Assembly: GCA_964612895.1 (NCBI GenBank)
Contig: CAZTFL010000001.1
Location: 177,469 to 241,468, forward strand
Length of the DNA: 64,000 bases
Direction: 5' to 3'
Source: Candidatus Woesearchaeota archaeon
GTDB taxonomy: Archaea > Nanobdellota > Nanobdellia > Pacearchaeales > GW2011-AR1
Each line of letters starts with the position of its first letter. Positions within the stretch are counted from its first letter, which is position 1. The position numbers and the translations under genes are program-made. This document shows positions 47,311-57,080 of this stretch, piece after piece. Under the pieces are notes generated by a model. That model worked only from the letters and a program-made list of their open reading frames with translations. It did not search any database and was not told where the DNA came from.

Positions 47311-48887
47311 TTTAAAATTTTCTTTATTTCTTTATTTAATTCATCGGCATAAAATGGACGTCCATCATATTTCAATATTTTATTTTTTATTTCAATTCCT
47401 GTTTTTTGCCTAATTAAATCTGATAATTGACTAGTTGAATTATTTTCTATAATAATTATATTCGAAAATTTTTTTAATTCTTTTTCTATTTCTTTTGGGA
47501 AAGGAGACAAATATAATATTTGTAAAAATTTACAATCTAAATTTTTTATAGAATCTATTATTACTCCTTTTGTAGAACCCCAACCGACGATTAAATTATT
47601 AGTCTTCTTTTTCCCATGAATTTTATAAGTTACAAAATTTTCTAAATCTTTTTCTATATCTAAAATTTTGTTTAATCTCTTATCTACATTTTTCTCTATG
47701 GTATTAGAGTCTTCTGTAGAATTTTTATAAATATTTGTCTCATAACTAGAAGTTTTAACTATTTTATTATTTCCAGGAATATCTCTATTTATTTTTATAG
47801 ATAAAATTTTTCTTACTTTTTTAAGAAAAGAATATTCACTTTCTGATAAGTGTTTATCTGATAATATTATAGATAATACTTTATGTTTTTCAGATAAATA
47901 TAATAATTCATTCGTTTTTTCAAAAGCTTCTAATGGATCCCCTGGAGCACAAACTATTCTATGAAACTCTCCATGCCCTGAATAAAGTGCAATATTTAAA
48001 TCTGATTGTAAAGTATACGTCGGGACACCAGTTCCTGGACCTGGACGAGAAGCAAGATAAACAGTAAGTGGAATTTCACTTATTCCTTGAAAACTTAATG
48101 ATTCGGCCATTAAATCAAATCCACCACCACTAGTTCCTACCATTGTTAATTTTCCAGCAAAACTAGTTCCTAATGCTATATTAGAAACAGCAATTTCATT
48201 CTCTGCTTGAAAAACACTAAGATTATTATTTTGATATTTTACTAGTTCAGTCATAACGCCCGTTGAAGGAGTCATTGGATATGTAAAATAGAAATTCAAT
48301 TTAGATTCTTTTGCAGAAAGAGCAATAGCAGAGCTTCCAGATAAATTTTCTATCTTATTTTTATTCTTTTTTAATTTTATTTTTGTATTTTGATAATCAA
48401 ATCCACTTAAAACAGAATTTATAGCCGATTCATTATTAAAATACTTTTTTACAATTTTAATTAAAAAATCTTTGGAAATATCAAAATATTTTGATAGGGA
48501 ACCAAGTAAAAACAAATTCAAATTACTATCAGAAAAATTTGAATCACTCTTTATAATAATTCCACCTTTCTTTAATTCTTTTTTATGCAAAAATATAGTA
48601 TTATTATCTAAAGCAACGATTACATCTAAATATTTATCGATACTTGAAGTTAATACATTACTGAAATTTAAAATATTGAAATTATGTCCTCCACGAATTA
48701 AGCTCTGATAATCTCTATAATTAAATGTAAAATATCCATACTCATTTAAAATCTCAGACATCATTTGAGTTATTTTATTGATACCTTGACCTGCAGCTCC
48801 ACCTATAAGTATATTATATCTCATTTTCACCTCAAAATCAATAAAACCTCTCGATATATAAATTTGTTGGTAAAAAAATCGTAACAT
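47307..48887 (-). CDS. korA: 2-oxoacid:ferredoxin oxidoreductase alpha subunit with a fused gamma domain
   Basis: N-terminal gamma-like GGAAGQG, then the POR/KOR alpha core; overlaps korB by 4 nt. Confidence 0.75.
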   Translation of the reverse strand: MLRFFYQQIYISRGFIDFEVKMRYNILIGGAAGQGINKITQMMSEILNEYGYFTFNYRDYQSLIRGGHNFNILNFSNVLTSSIDKYLDVIVALDNNTIFLHKKELKKGGIIIKSDSNFSDSNLNLFLLGSLSKYFDISKDFLIKIVKKYFNNESAINSVLSGFDYQNTKIKLKKNKNKIENLSGSSAIALSAKESKLNFYFTYPMTPSTGVMTELVKYQNNNLSVFQAENEIAVSNIALGTSFAGKLTMVGTSGGGFDLMAESLSFQGISEIPLTVYLASRPGPGTGVPTYTLQSDLNIALYSGHGEFHRIVCAPGDPLEAFEKTNELLYLSEKHKVLSIILSDKHLSESEYSFLKKVRKILSIKINRDIPGNNKIVKTSSYETNIYKNSTEDSNTIEKNVDKRLNKILDIEKDLENFVTYKIHGKKKTNNLIVGWGSTKGVIIDSIKNLDCKFLQILYLSPFPKEIEKELKKFSNIIIIENNSTSQLSDLIRQKTGIEIKNKILKYDGRPFYADELNKEIKKILK

Positions 48888-48912
48888 ATATAAGCCATTT
48901 AAAATATTTATA

Positions 48913-49182
48913 ATGATGATTTATGGAATAATTGGATTCATTTTTATCGTTATTGGCTGGATACCACAGATAATGGATATGATAAAAAATAAAAAAAGTA
49001 ATTTAAATCTTTTATTTTCTGTATTATATATTTTAGGATCTTTTTTACTAATTCTTCATTCTATTTATCTAAAAGATATTATTTTTGTTTTTCTCAATAG
49101 TTTTGCTTTTATTATGGGTATAATTGGATTATTTTATAGCTTAAAATACAAAAAAACAAATAAGCGAAAACTTATAAACTAA
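48913..49182 (+). CDS. SemiSWEET-like PQ-loop mini-transporter (3 TM)
   Basis: 89 aa, three helices, GWIPQI PQ motif in the first helix. Confidence 0.5.
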   Translation: MMIYGIIGFIFIVIGWIPQIMDMIKNKKSNLNLLFSVLYILGSFLLILHSIYLKDIIFVFLNSFAFIMGIIGLFYSLKYKKTNKRKLIN

Positions 49183-49279
49183 TATTATCTTGAAACTATA
49201 ATATAGACGAAAAATAATTGTGTTTAGGCATTAAATGTCTAACTAAAAAATTTGCTTCTTATATGATAAACGATAAAAA

Positions 49280-50491
49280 ATGAAAGAATTTGAAGAATTA
49301 GGAATTGGAAAAGAATTAATAAAAACTCTTAGAACAATGGGATTCAAAGAGCCATCAGAGATTCAAGAAAAAGCAATTCCAATAGCATTAGAAGGAAAAG
49401 ATATTGTCGGGATATCTGCTACTGGTAGTGGTAAAACTCTTGCCTTTATGTCTCCGATTATAGAGAAAATAAAACCTAACGGAAAAACACAAGCTATAAT
49501 TTTAACTCCTACAAGAGAACTTGCAGAACAAATTACTGAAACAACAAAGACTTTTATTGGAAATAAAAAAATAAACATTTTATCTATTTATGGAGGAGTT
49601 AATATAGAAACTCAAATAAAAAAATTATACAATAATGACATAGTTGTTGGAACTCCTGGTAGAATATTAGATCACTTAGAAAGAAAGACACTTAAATTAG
49701 ATTCTATAAAATTCCTTGTTTTAGATGAAGCAGATAGAATGTTTGATATGGGATTCCAGAAAGATGTTGAAAAAATAATAAAAAAATGTTCAGCCGATAG
49801 ACAAACAATGATGTTTTCAGCTACAATATCAGAAAATATTAATTTTTTTATAAAAAAATACACAATTAATCCTATTAAAATATCAGTAAAATCTTTAGTT
49901 GATCCATTATTATTAGAACAAGTATACTATGATATTCCAGATTATAATAAATTCTCTTTATTAGTTCACCTAATTAAATCTGATAAAAATTCTTTATCTA
50001 TGATATTTTGTAACACAAAAAGAAATGTAGATTTTGTAACAAATAATTTACAAAAATTAGGAATTAACTCAAAAGCTATTCATGGAGGAATGATTCAAAA
50101 TAAAAGAATAAAGACTCTTGAAGAATTTCATAAAAAAGAGATAAATGTTTTAGTATGTACAGACGTTGCAGCAAGGGGTTTAGACATTAAAGATGTAACC
50201 CACGTGTATAATTACGATATACCACCAACATTTGAATATTATGTACACAGAATTGGAAGAACAGCAAGAGCAGGAAAAAACGGAAAAGCAATAAATATAC
50301 TATCAAGTAGAGATTATGATAATTTTAGAAATATTACAAGAAATAAATCTATAGCGATAAAAAGAGAAGAAATTTCTGAAATAGAAATTGTAAAAATTCA
50401 AAAAAATGTTTACAGAAGAGAAAATAATAATTTTAAAAGACCTTTTAATAAAAGAAATTCAAAAGGAGGTAAATATGGAAGGAAAAGTTAA
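49280..50491 (+). CDS. DEAD-box ATP-dependent RNA helicase
   Basis: Q-motif, ATGSGKTLAF, DEAD (VLDEADRM), SAT, HRIGRTAR; basic C-terminal tail. Confidence 0.85.
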   Translation: MKEFEELGIGKELIKTLRTMGFKEPSEIQEKAIPIALEGKDIVGISATGSGKTLAFMSPIIEKIKPNGKTQAIILTPTRELAEQITETTKTFIGNKKINILSIYGGVNIETQIKKLYNNDIVVGTPGRILDHLERKTLKLDSIKFLVLDEADRMFDMGFQKDVEKIIKKCSADRQTMMFSATISENINFFIKKYTINPIKISVKSLVDPLLLEQVYYDIPDYNKFSLLVHLIKSDKNSLSMIFCNTKRNVDFVTNNLQKLGINSKAIHGGMIQNKRIKTLEEFHKKEINVLVCTDVAARGLDIKDVTHVYNYDIPPTFEYYVHRIGRTARAGKNGKAINILSSRDYDNFRNITRNKSIAIKREEISEIEIVKIQKNVYRRENNNFKRPFNKRNSKGGKYGRKS

Positions 50492-50666
50492 GTTTTTTAA
50501 TGAAATGAAAGAATTTGGATTTATAACTGGAGACGATAATAAAGATTATTTTGTTCATAAAAGTTCTATAAAAGAAGATATTAAATTAAAAGAAAATGAT
50601 TTAGTTGTTTTTGATGTAGAAACAGGAACAAGAGGATTAAAAGCAATAAATGTCTCTAATAAATAA
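50475..50666 (+). CDS. csp: Cold-shock protein (CspA family)
   Basis: MEGKVKFFNEMKEFGFI...DYFVH RNP motifs; GGAGGT 4 nt upstream; the ORF track start at 50406 is an in-frame upstream extension. Confidence 0.8.
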   Translation: MEGKVKFFNEMKEFGFITGDDNKDYFVHKSSIKEDIKLKENDLVVFDVETGTRGLKAINVSNK

Positions 50667-50696
50667 ATATAAAAAGATTATTAGCGAATAAAATTT

Positions 50697-52100
50697 ATGT
50701 ATGGAGAAATATTTTTATTTAATACTTTAGGAAGAAGTATAGAAGTTTTTAAACCAATAAGAGAAGGTCATGTTGGAATATATACATGTGGACCAACTGT
50801 TTATGGAAGAGCTCATATAGGAAATTTAAAAGCATATATATTTGCAGATACGCTTCGAAGAATGTTTGAATACGCAAATTATGAAGTAAAACATGTTATG
50901 AATATAACAGATGTAGGACATTTAACAAGTGATTCTGACGAAGGAGAAGATAAATTACAAAAAGCAGCAAGAGAATCGAAACAAACTGCTTGGGAAATTT
51001 CTAAGAAATGGACAGAACAATTCTTTAAAGATACTAAAGAATTAAATATTAAAATTCCAAATATAGTTTGTAAAGCTACAGAGTATATCAAAGAACAAAT
51101 AGAATTAGTGAAAATACTAGAAGGAAAAGGATTCACATATAAAACTAGCGACGGAATTTATTTTGATACTTCAAAATTCCAAAAATATGGTAATTTTGCT
51201 AAATTAAACTTAGATGGATTACAAGCTGGAAAAAGAATTGATTTTGGAGAAAAAAAAAATAAAACAGATTTTGCATTATGGAAATTTTCAAATTCTGGTG
51301 AAAAGAGAGATATGGAATGGGATTCTCCGTGGGGAATTGGATTCCCTGGTTGGCATATAGAATGTTCTGCTATGTCTATGAAACATTTAGAAAATCATTT
51401 TGATATTCATACAGGAGGAATTGATCATATTCCAATACATCATACAAATGAAATTGCTCAATCAGAATGTGCAACAGGAGAAAAATTTGTAAATTATTGG
51501 ATGCATTCGGAATTTTTAGTAATGAATGAAAATAAAATGAGTAAATCTTTGGGGAATGTATTAACACTAGATACCCTAAAAGAACAAAATATTAATCCTT
51601 TAGATTATAGATATTTCTGTTTAAACACACATTATAGAAAAAATTTGAATTTTAATCAAGAAGCACTATACGCTGCAAAAACCGCTTATGAGAATTTAAT
51701 AAAGAAATATAATGAATACAAAAAATCTAGTAAAGAAAATAATCCATCTGAAAAATCAAAATCATATTTAAAGGAATTCAAAGACGCTATTTTTAACGAT
51801 TTAAATACACCTAAATGTCTTGGAATAATTTGGAGCTTAATAAAAGACAATGATATATCTGATAATGAAAAATATTTCTTATTAAAAGATTTTGATCAAG
51901 TATTAGGTTTAAATTTAGAAAATTCTGAAGTAAGACAAAAAATTGTACCTGAAGAAATTATCAATATAGCAAATGAAAGATTAAAAGTAAGAAAAAATAA
52001 AGACTGGAAAAAATCAGATGAACTAAGAGACAAAATAAAATATATGGGATATGATATAAAAGATTCAAAAGATGGATACGAATTAGAGTTAATTAATTAA
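50697..52100 (+). CDS. cysS: Cysteinyl-tRNA synthetase
   Basis: HIGN (HIGH), KMSKSLGN, Cys/His zinc site. Confidence 0.85.
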   Translation: MYGEIFLFNTLGRSIEVFKPIREGHVGIYTCGPTVYGRAHIGNLKAYIFADTLRRMFEYANYEVKHVMNITDVGHLTSDSDEGEDKLQKAARESKQTAWEISKKWTEQFFKDTKELNIKIPNIVCKATEYIKEQIELVKILEGKGFTYKTSDGIYFDTSKFQKYGNFAKLNLDGLQAGKRIDFGEKKNKTDFALWKFSNSGEKRDMEWDSPWGIGFPGWHIECSAMSMKHLENHFDIHTGGIDHIPIHHTNEIAQSECATGEKFVNYWMHSEFLVMNENKMSKSLGNVLTLDTLKEQNINPLDYRYFCLNTHYRKNLNFNQEALYAAKTAYENLIKKYNEYKKSSKENNPSEKSKSYLKEFKDAIFNDLNTPKCLGIIWSLIKDNDISDNEKYFLLKDFDQVLGLNLENSEVRQKIVPEEIINIANERLKVRKNKDWKKSDELRDKIKYMGYDIKDSKDGYELELIN

Positions 52101-52730
52101 TTCTTTAATTTTATTAATTATTTCTTTTGTTACAAATTCCACATCTTGATTTCCATTTATTATTATGATATTTCTACCTCTTTCTCTTAGAAATTCTGCA
52201 ACTTTTTTATACCAAATTTCTGCTTCTTTTAGAAATTCTAGTGTTTCATAACATTCAATCTTTTCTTTTCTATTACTTATTCTTTTATAAGCAATTTCTG
52301 CTGGGACATCAATTATTAAAGTAATATCAGGTGTTATAGAACCTTTTTCTTCATGAAATTTATGCATTTCATATAATTTTTGTAAATCTTCTCCTTGAGA
52401 ACCTTGATACGCAAAAGTTGACATATCAAATCTAGAACAAAGTACGTGAGAATGTTTTAATATATTTCTTATAGTTTCTGAATGTTCTATCCTGTCTTTA
52501 ATAAATAAAGATGATGATTTTTCTGGAGAAACATTACCTTTTCTTATTAAGTCTGAAATTAATTTACCAGATTCTGTAATTTTTGTAGGTTCCCTTGTTA
52601 ACCAAACATTTGCATATTTATTTCCAATAAAACCATTGTCATCATCTTTTATTGCTTCACTTATTCTAAAAAGTTGAGTATCTTTTCCACTTCCATCTAT
52701 TCCTTCAAATGTAATAAAATAATTTTTCAT
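52089..52730 (-). CDS. tmk: Thymidylate kinase
   Basis: FITFEGIDGSGKDTQ P-loop, LID arginine region. Confidence 0.75.
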   Translation of the reverse strand: MKNYFITFEGIDGSGKDTQLFRISEAIKDDDNGFIGNKYANVWLTREPTKITESGKLISDLIRKGNVSPEKSSSLFIKDRIEHSETIRNILKHSHVLCSRFDMSTFAYQGSQGEDLQKLYEMHKFHEEKGSITPDITLIIDVPAEIAYKRISNRKEKIECYETLEFLKEAEIWYKKVAEFLRERGRNIIIINGNQDVEFVTKEIINKIKELIN

Positions 52731-52773
52731 GATAAAATAAAATTATTCCTTTTTTTAAATATTTATATAAATT

Positions 52774-53601
52774 CTAATTAAGTTTTATATTTCCATTCTG
52801 CCAATCTCTTAAAACATATCTTGCAACCATATCTGTATTTACTAATCCACCTTTTTTTAACATTCCAAGCCTTTTTCCTAAACTTTCCAAAAACAAATCG
52901 GCATCTTCATCATAATCAATTTCATAGTGATTTGTAATTTTATCTTTATAGTCATCAACTAATTTTTGAACAGAAATTTCTGGATTTTTTACTTTATTAA
53001 AACTTTTTGAACCTAATTTTACTTGACTAGATATTTTATCTTTATCGCTCATCGAATATTCTTTATCAGAAATAACTCCAGGAGTATCTAATATAAATAT
53101 ATTGTTTGTTAATTTTACTTTTTGCAATCCTTTTGTGAAACCAGCTTCATTCCCTACACCACTAGCGGGCCTTCCTACTAAAAAATTAATCAAAGAACTT
53201 TTCCCAGTATTAGGATACCCAATTATTCCCACAAAATATTTCTCTTTATAATCCATTTTTTTTATCATTCTCTTTATTTGATCTCTTAAATTAACACTTC
53301 CCATTCTTCTTGTACAAGAAATTAAAGAATAAGGTTTTAGTTTTATTTTATCTAATTGAGCTTTTTTAACTAAATCTATTTTATTTATAACATAAATTAT
53401 TTTTTTATTTAGTAATTTAATTTTCTTCTCAATATCCTTATTTCTTGTATCATCAATAAATCTTGCATCTAATATTTCTAATAATATATCACTTTTTGCA
53501 ATTACTTCCTCAACTACTTCAGGATATTTTTTTCTTTGTTTTCTAATATTTTCTATATGGCCAGTATGTCTTGAACCAAAAGAAAATCTTACTCTTACCA
53601 T
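52774..53601 (-). CDS. Circularly permuted GTPase (YlqF/RbgA-Nog2-like), ribosome biogenesis
   Basis: G4 NKIDL precedes G1 GYPNTGKSSLIN and G3 DTPG. Confidence 0.65.
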   Translation of the reverse strand: MVRVRFSFGSRHTGHIENIRKQRKKYPEVVEEVIAKSDILLEILDARFIDDTRNKDIEKKIKLLNKKIIYVINKIDLVKKAQLDKIKLKPYSLISCTRRMGSVNLRDQIKRMIKKMDYKEKYFVGIIGYPNTGKSSLINFLVGRPASGVGNEAGFTKGLQKVKLTNNIFILDTPGVISDKEYSMSDKDKISSQVKLGSKSFNKVKNPEISVQKLVDDYKDKITNHYEIDYDEDADLFLESLGKRLGMLKKGGLVNTDMVARYVLRDWQNGNIKLN

Positions 53602-53645
53602 ATATTAAATTACTAAACTTAGATTTTAAATCTGTCTGTAGTTGT

Positions 53646-54401
53646 TTAGGGCCATAGAGACATCAATAAACCTTCAATAATGGCTGCAAATAATAACAAA
53701 GGAATAACAATCAAAAAGAACATTATAATCGATCTAGACATGTATTGTTTTATTACTTTATTTTTTATACATCTAAATAAAACGAATATCATGGAAATAA
53801 AAACAATTAAAGAATATAAAGTAGACACAAATTTATTTATATTAAGAAAAGTAATAAATTGAATTGGAATCATAATAAAAGAAATAATCCCAATAATCAA
53901 AAATCGTTTGTTTTTATCTTTAACATTTAATTCTTTTTCAATAAATTTATTTGCTAAAAAAATTCCTAAACCTATCGATATAAAAATTGCTGTTAACTCA
54001 AAAATACCATGAGGTAACAATCTTAATAGAACAGATAACCCTTCAATGTTAGTAGCTTCTCTACCAACAAATCCAGAAATATACCCATTAAAAAGAGAAC
54101 TAAAAATACTAATATAACCAAAACAAATACCTATAAATATTGAAAAAAAGCTTGCTTGGCCATTATTGAAAAATATTTTATATATTGTCTGAAATGTATT
54201 CAATCCTTGAAATTGTAGAGCCATTGATTTTAATAGTTCTTTTATTTGTACTGGAAATATTTGTATTGAAAATCCAAATACAAAAAATATACAAAATAAC
54301 AAAAAAGAAAAAACAATAAACCATTTAGCTTCTTTAATTAATTCAAAACTTTGTTTATAATATTTTTTTAATTCCATATTAATTTGTAAACTTCTTTTCA
54401 A
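53646..54401 (-). CDS. SpoIIM/DUF95-like polytopic membrane protein
   Basis: LPHGIFELTAIF motif typical of the DUF95 family; 6 TM. Confidence 0.45.
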   Translation of the reverse strand: MKRSLQINMELKKYYKQSFELIKEAKWFIVFSFLLFCIFFVFGFSIQIFPVQIKELLKSMALQFQGLNTFQTIYKIFFNNGQASFFSIFIGICFGYISIFSSLFNGYISGFVGREATNIEGLSVLLRLLPHGIFELTAIFISIGLGIFLANKFIEKELNVKDKNKRFLIIGIISFIMIPIQFITFLNINKFVSTLYSLIVFISMIFVLFRCIKNKVIKQYMSRSIIMFFLIVIPLLLFAAIIEGLLMSLWP

Positions 54402-55206
54402 TCATTTTAGTTTTTTTTGGATATTTCTTTTTTAATACTAATGCAAATATTATACCAAAAATTAATCCACCAAGATGCGCCATATTTCCTATTGGTAAGT
54501 TTATAAAAATTCCAATTATAATTAATGGTAGAATAGATATTATTGGCAACATCCACATCTTTAATTCTACTGGTAATGTTATTTTCTTAAAATTACCAGA
54601 GAAATTTAACATTGATATAACTGCTATAAAAAAATATATAGAAATTAAAATATTTAAAAAATTAAGTATTATAGATTCTTCGGGGAGTATACCTATTAAA
54701 ACATATTCTAAAATTATTGCAATAATAGGTCCCATTATCATATAAACTTTTGTTTTAGGTGTAAGAATTGCAAGAACTCCTACGAATCCAAATAAAGCCC
54801 CAGATGCCCCAACCCCATAAACAATAGAATCTCCAAATATTTTTATAAAAAAACCATTTCCTAAAAAAAATGATACTAAAACCCAAAATATACCAGCAAA
54901 AAGACCTGAAACTAAATATAAAAATAAAACTCTTTTTCCACCAATTATTTTTTCAACAAAATTTCCAATAAAATAAAAAGAAATCATATTTACAACTAAA
55001 TGCCAAAAAGAAATATGAATAAACATACTTGTCAGCAAAGTCCAAAGATAATTGCCAGAAATGATAGACGCTGGTTGTAAAGCTACATATTTTATAAGAT
55101 CATTCTTGAAAATGAATAGAAATATGCTATTTATTATAAATATTATAACATTTATTAAAATCAATTTATTAGTAATACTCTGTAAAAAATTTTTTGGTGA
55201 TAACAT
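54379..55206 (-). CDS. Rhomboid-family intramembrane serine protease
   Basis: GASGALFG catalytic Ser motif, HLGGLIFG catalytic His motif, 6-7 TM. Confidence 0.7.
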   Translation of the reverse strand: MLSPKNFLQSITNKLILINVIIFIINSIFLFIFKNDLIKYVALQPASIISGNYLWTLLTSMFIHISFWHLVVNMISFYFIGNFVEKIIGGKRVLFLYLVSGLFAGIFWVLVSFFLGNGFFIKIFGDSIVYGVGASGALFGFVGVLAILTPKTKVYMIMGPIIAIILEYVLIGILPEESIILNFLNILISIYFFIAVISMLNFSGNFKKITLPVELKMWMLPIISILPLIIIGIFINLPIGNMAHLGGLIFGIIFALVLKKKYPKKTKMIEKKFTN

Positions 55207-55226
55207 TATAATATTAAAATATAAAA

Positions 55227-56012
55227 TTATTTCTTTTTATTAATAACTTTTTTTGGTTGTTTTTTGACTTCTTTAGATGTTTTTTTATTATCTACTTTCT
55301 TCAAAATCAATTTAGTTTTAACCTTTTTTAAAACAGGCTTTTTATTAACTTTATCTTCTGAAAGTTTTTTTGAAATTTCCTTAGTTTCTGAAGTTTTTTT
55401 TGCTCTGATTTCTCTATTTCTAAGTTTCTCTTCTGCTTTATCATCAGCTATTTTTTTATTTTGTTTTTCAATTTTCTTTTTTTGTTTTTGTCGTAAAGAA
55501 GTTAATTCTACATTTATTTCAGTAATTTCATTATTAATTCTTGTTATTTTAGATTTAATATCTCTTACAAATGGACTATTATCTGATAATTGATAAATTT
55601 CAGCACATTCTTCGCAACTAAAACCATTTTCTAAAGCAATATCTTCTTCAACCTCTATATGACAATAAGGACAAGTATAATATCTCTTCGTTTCTCTAAA
55701 TTTAAGTTGTTCCTCTAAGTCAGAAATTTTTTTTCTTAGATGATTTTCAATTAAAGCTAAAGATTTTTCATTACTTAGAGTCCAATAATAAATATACCAA
55801 CCCTTTTTTTTATCTTTTTTTCTTATAAAAGAAACTAAACCTAAATTAGATAATTTATATAATATATTTCTAACTTGATTAATTGTTAATTCCATTTTTT
55901 TAGCAATTAAAAACTCATTAACATCTTTTTTATTAAATAAAGTATCAACTATTCTCCCATTGTTTTCACCAGCAATTTCCTCAATTAAATTAAAAAGAAG
56001 TTTTTCTTGCAT
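55227..56012 (-). CDS. tfe: Transcription factor E (TFIIE-alpha homologue) with a lysine-rich C-terminal tail
   Basis: N-terminal winged helix; zinc ribbon CPYC...CEEC; K-rich tail. Confidence 0.65.
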   Translation of the reverse strand: MQEKLLFNLIEEIAGENNGRIVDTLFNKKDVNEFLIAKKMELTINQVRNILYKLSNLGLVSFIRKKDKKKGWYIYYWTLSNEKSLALIENHLRKKISDLEEQLKFRETKRYYTCPYCHIEVEEDIALENGFSCEECAEIYQLSDNSPFVRDIKSKITRINNEITEINVELTSLRQKQKKKIEKQNKKIADDKAEEKLRNREIRAKKTSETKEISKKLSEDKVNKKPVLKKVKTKLILKKVDNKKTSKEVKKQPKKVINKKK

Positions 56013-56117
56013 ATAATTAATAATAAAACATTTCTTTTTAAATTTTTGCGAAGATATTGTGTAGTCATTGTATAATTAATCCAAACCTATAAAAATGAAT
56101 ATTGATATTTTTAATTT

Positions 56118-56639
56118 ATGGCTTTGTTTAAACACAAGGAAAATATTCCAGAGTTACCGGTTGCTTTAAGTTTACCTTCTATAAATAAAAATATAACAAG
56201 TAGGGACATTAATGAATTACCAACATTCCCTCGATCTACAAATTCTCAAAATGATAACTTTAATCAAGATTTGGTAAAGTCTGCTGTAACAGATACATCT
56301 GAAAATTCTTATGAAAATGAAGATGAAACCCAAAGTACAAAAATTCCTACAATGCCTCTTTTTGATGAAAATCGTGGCAAAATAATGGACGCAGATCAAC
56401 AAATGTCGTCAATGATTCCACAAAAACAAACTATATATATAAAAGTCGAAAAGTTTAACGCATTACAAGAAGCGCTTTCTGAAATTCAAGAACAAATAAA
56501 AAGTTTGACTAAACAAGTTGAATTATTAAAAGATGTAAAAATAAAACAAGTTCAAGAGATTAATGAGTGGGATAATGAAATGAAAAAAATTAATCAAAGA
56601 TTATCAAGAATAGATTCTGACATATTCGGAGAAGTTTAA
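56118..56639 (+). CDS. Hypothetical acidic coiled-coil protein
   Basis: ORF; stop adjoins the next start (TAAATG). Confidence 0.35.
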   Translation: MALFKHKENIPELPVALSLPSINKNITSRDINELPTFPRSTNSQNDNFNQDLVKSAVTDTSENSYENEDETQSTKIPTMPLFDENRGKIMDADQQMSSMIPQKQTIYIKVEKFNALQEALSEIQEQIKSLTKQVELLKDVKIKQVQEINEWDNEMKKINQRLSRIDSDIFGEV

Positions 56640-57035
56640 ATGGTTGCGAAAAAAAAGCAAAATCAAGTGAATATAACTAATCCAATTTTCTATAATTTAG
56701 ATGTTAATATGTATAAAAACTCGAGAATGAATTTATTGTCTGCAAAAACAAATCTATTAGTATCCAGAAATTATGCAGTTAGATTCTTAGATTATTATCA
56801 GAAAGAAGAAAATATAAAAAATGAAATAAAAAAAACACTAAACAGAATGACTCTGATTTTAAAAAAAATGAAATCTGAACTGCCAACTGTGTCTCCTCCA
56901 AAGAATCAAAATTTAAAAAAGAAAAGTACTCCAAGAGCAATAACTGTTTCTAATGATAACTCTGATATTAGAAATGAAATTGATTACGAATTAGATTCTA
57001 TAAATCAAAAATTAAAAGAACTAGCTGGATTATAA
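56640..57035 (+). CDS. Hypothetical protein
   Basis: ORF in an operon with the previous gene. Confidence 0.35.
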   Translation: MVAKKKQNQVNITNPIFYNLDVNMYKNSRMNLLSAKTNLLVSRNYAVRFLDYYQKEENIKNEIKKTLNRMTLILKKMKSELPTVSPPKNQNLKKKSTPRAITVSNDNSDIRNEIDYELDSINQKLKELAGL

Positions 57036-57080
57036 TATTTTATTTTTTTAAGTTAAGTTTATATATTTAATAATATAGTT

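Noticed and set aside
50406-50474. Upstream in-frame extension of the csp ORF (MFTEEK...)
   Set aside because: It lies wholly within the helicase 3' end. A strong GGAGGT sits directly before the internal ATG that begins the canonical Csp N-terminus MEGKVKFFN.
55264-55593. 109-aa plus-strand ORF antisense to the tfe 3' region
   Set aside because: It mirrors the K-rich tail coding region of TFE and is low complexity, with no start signals.
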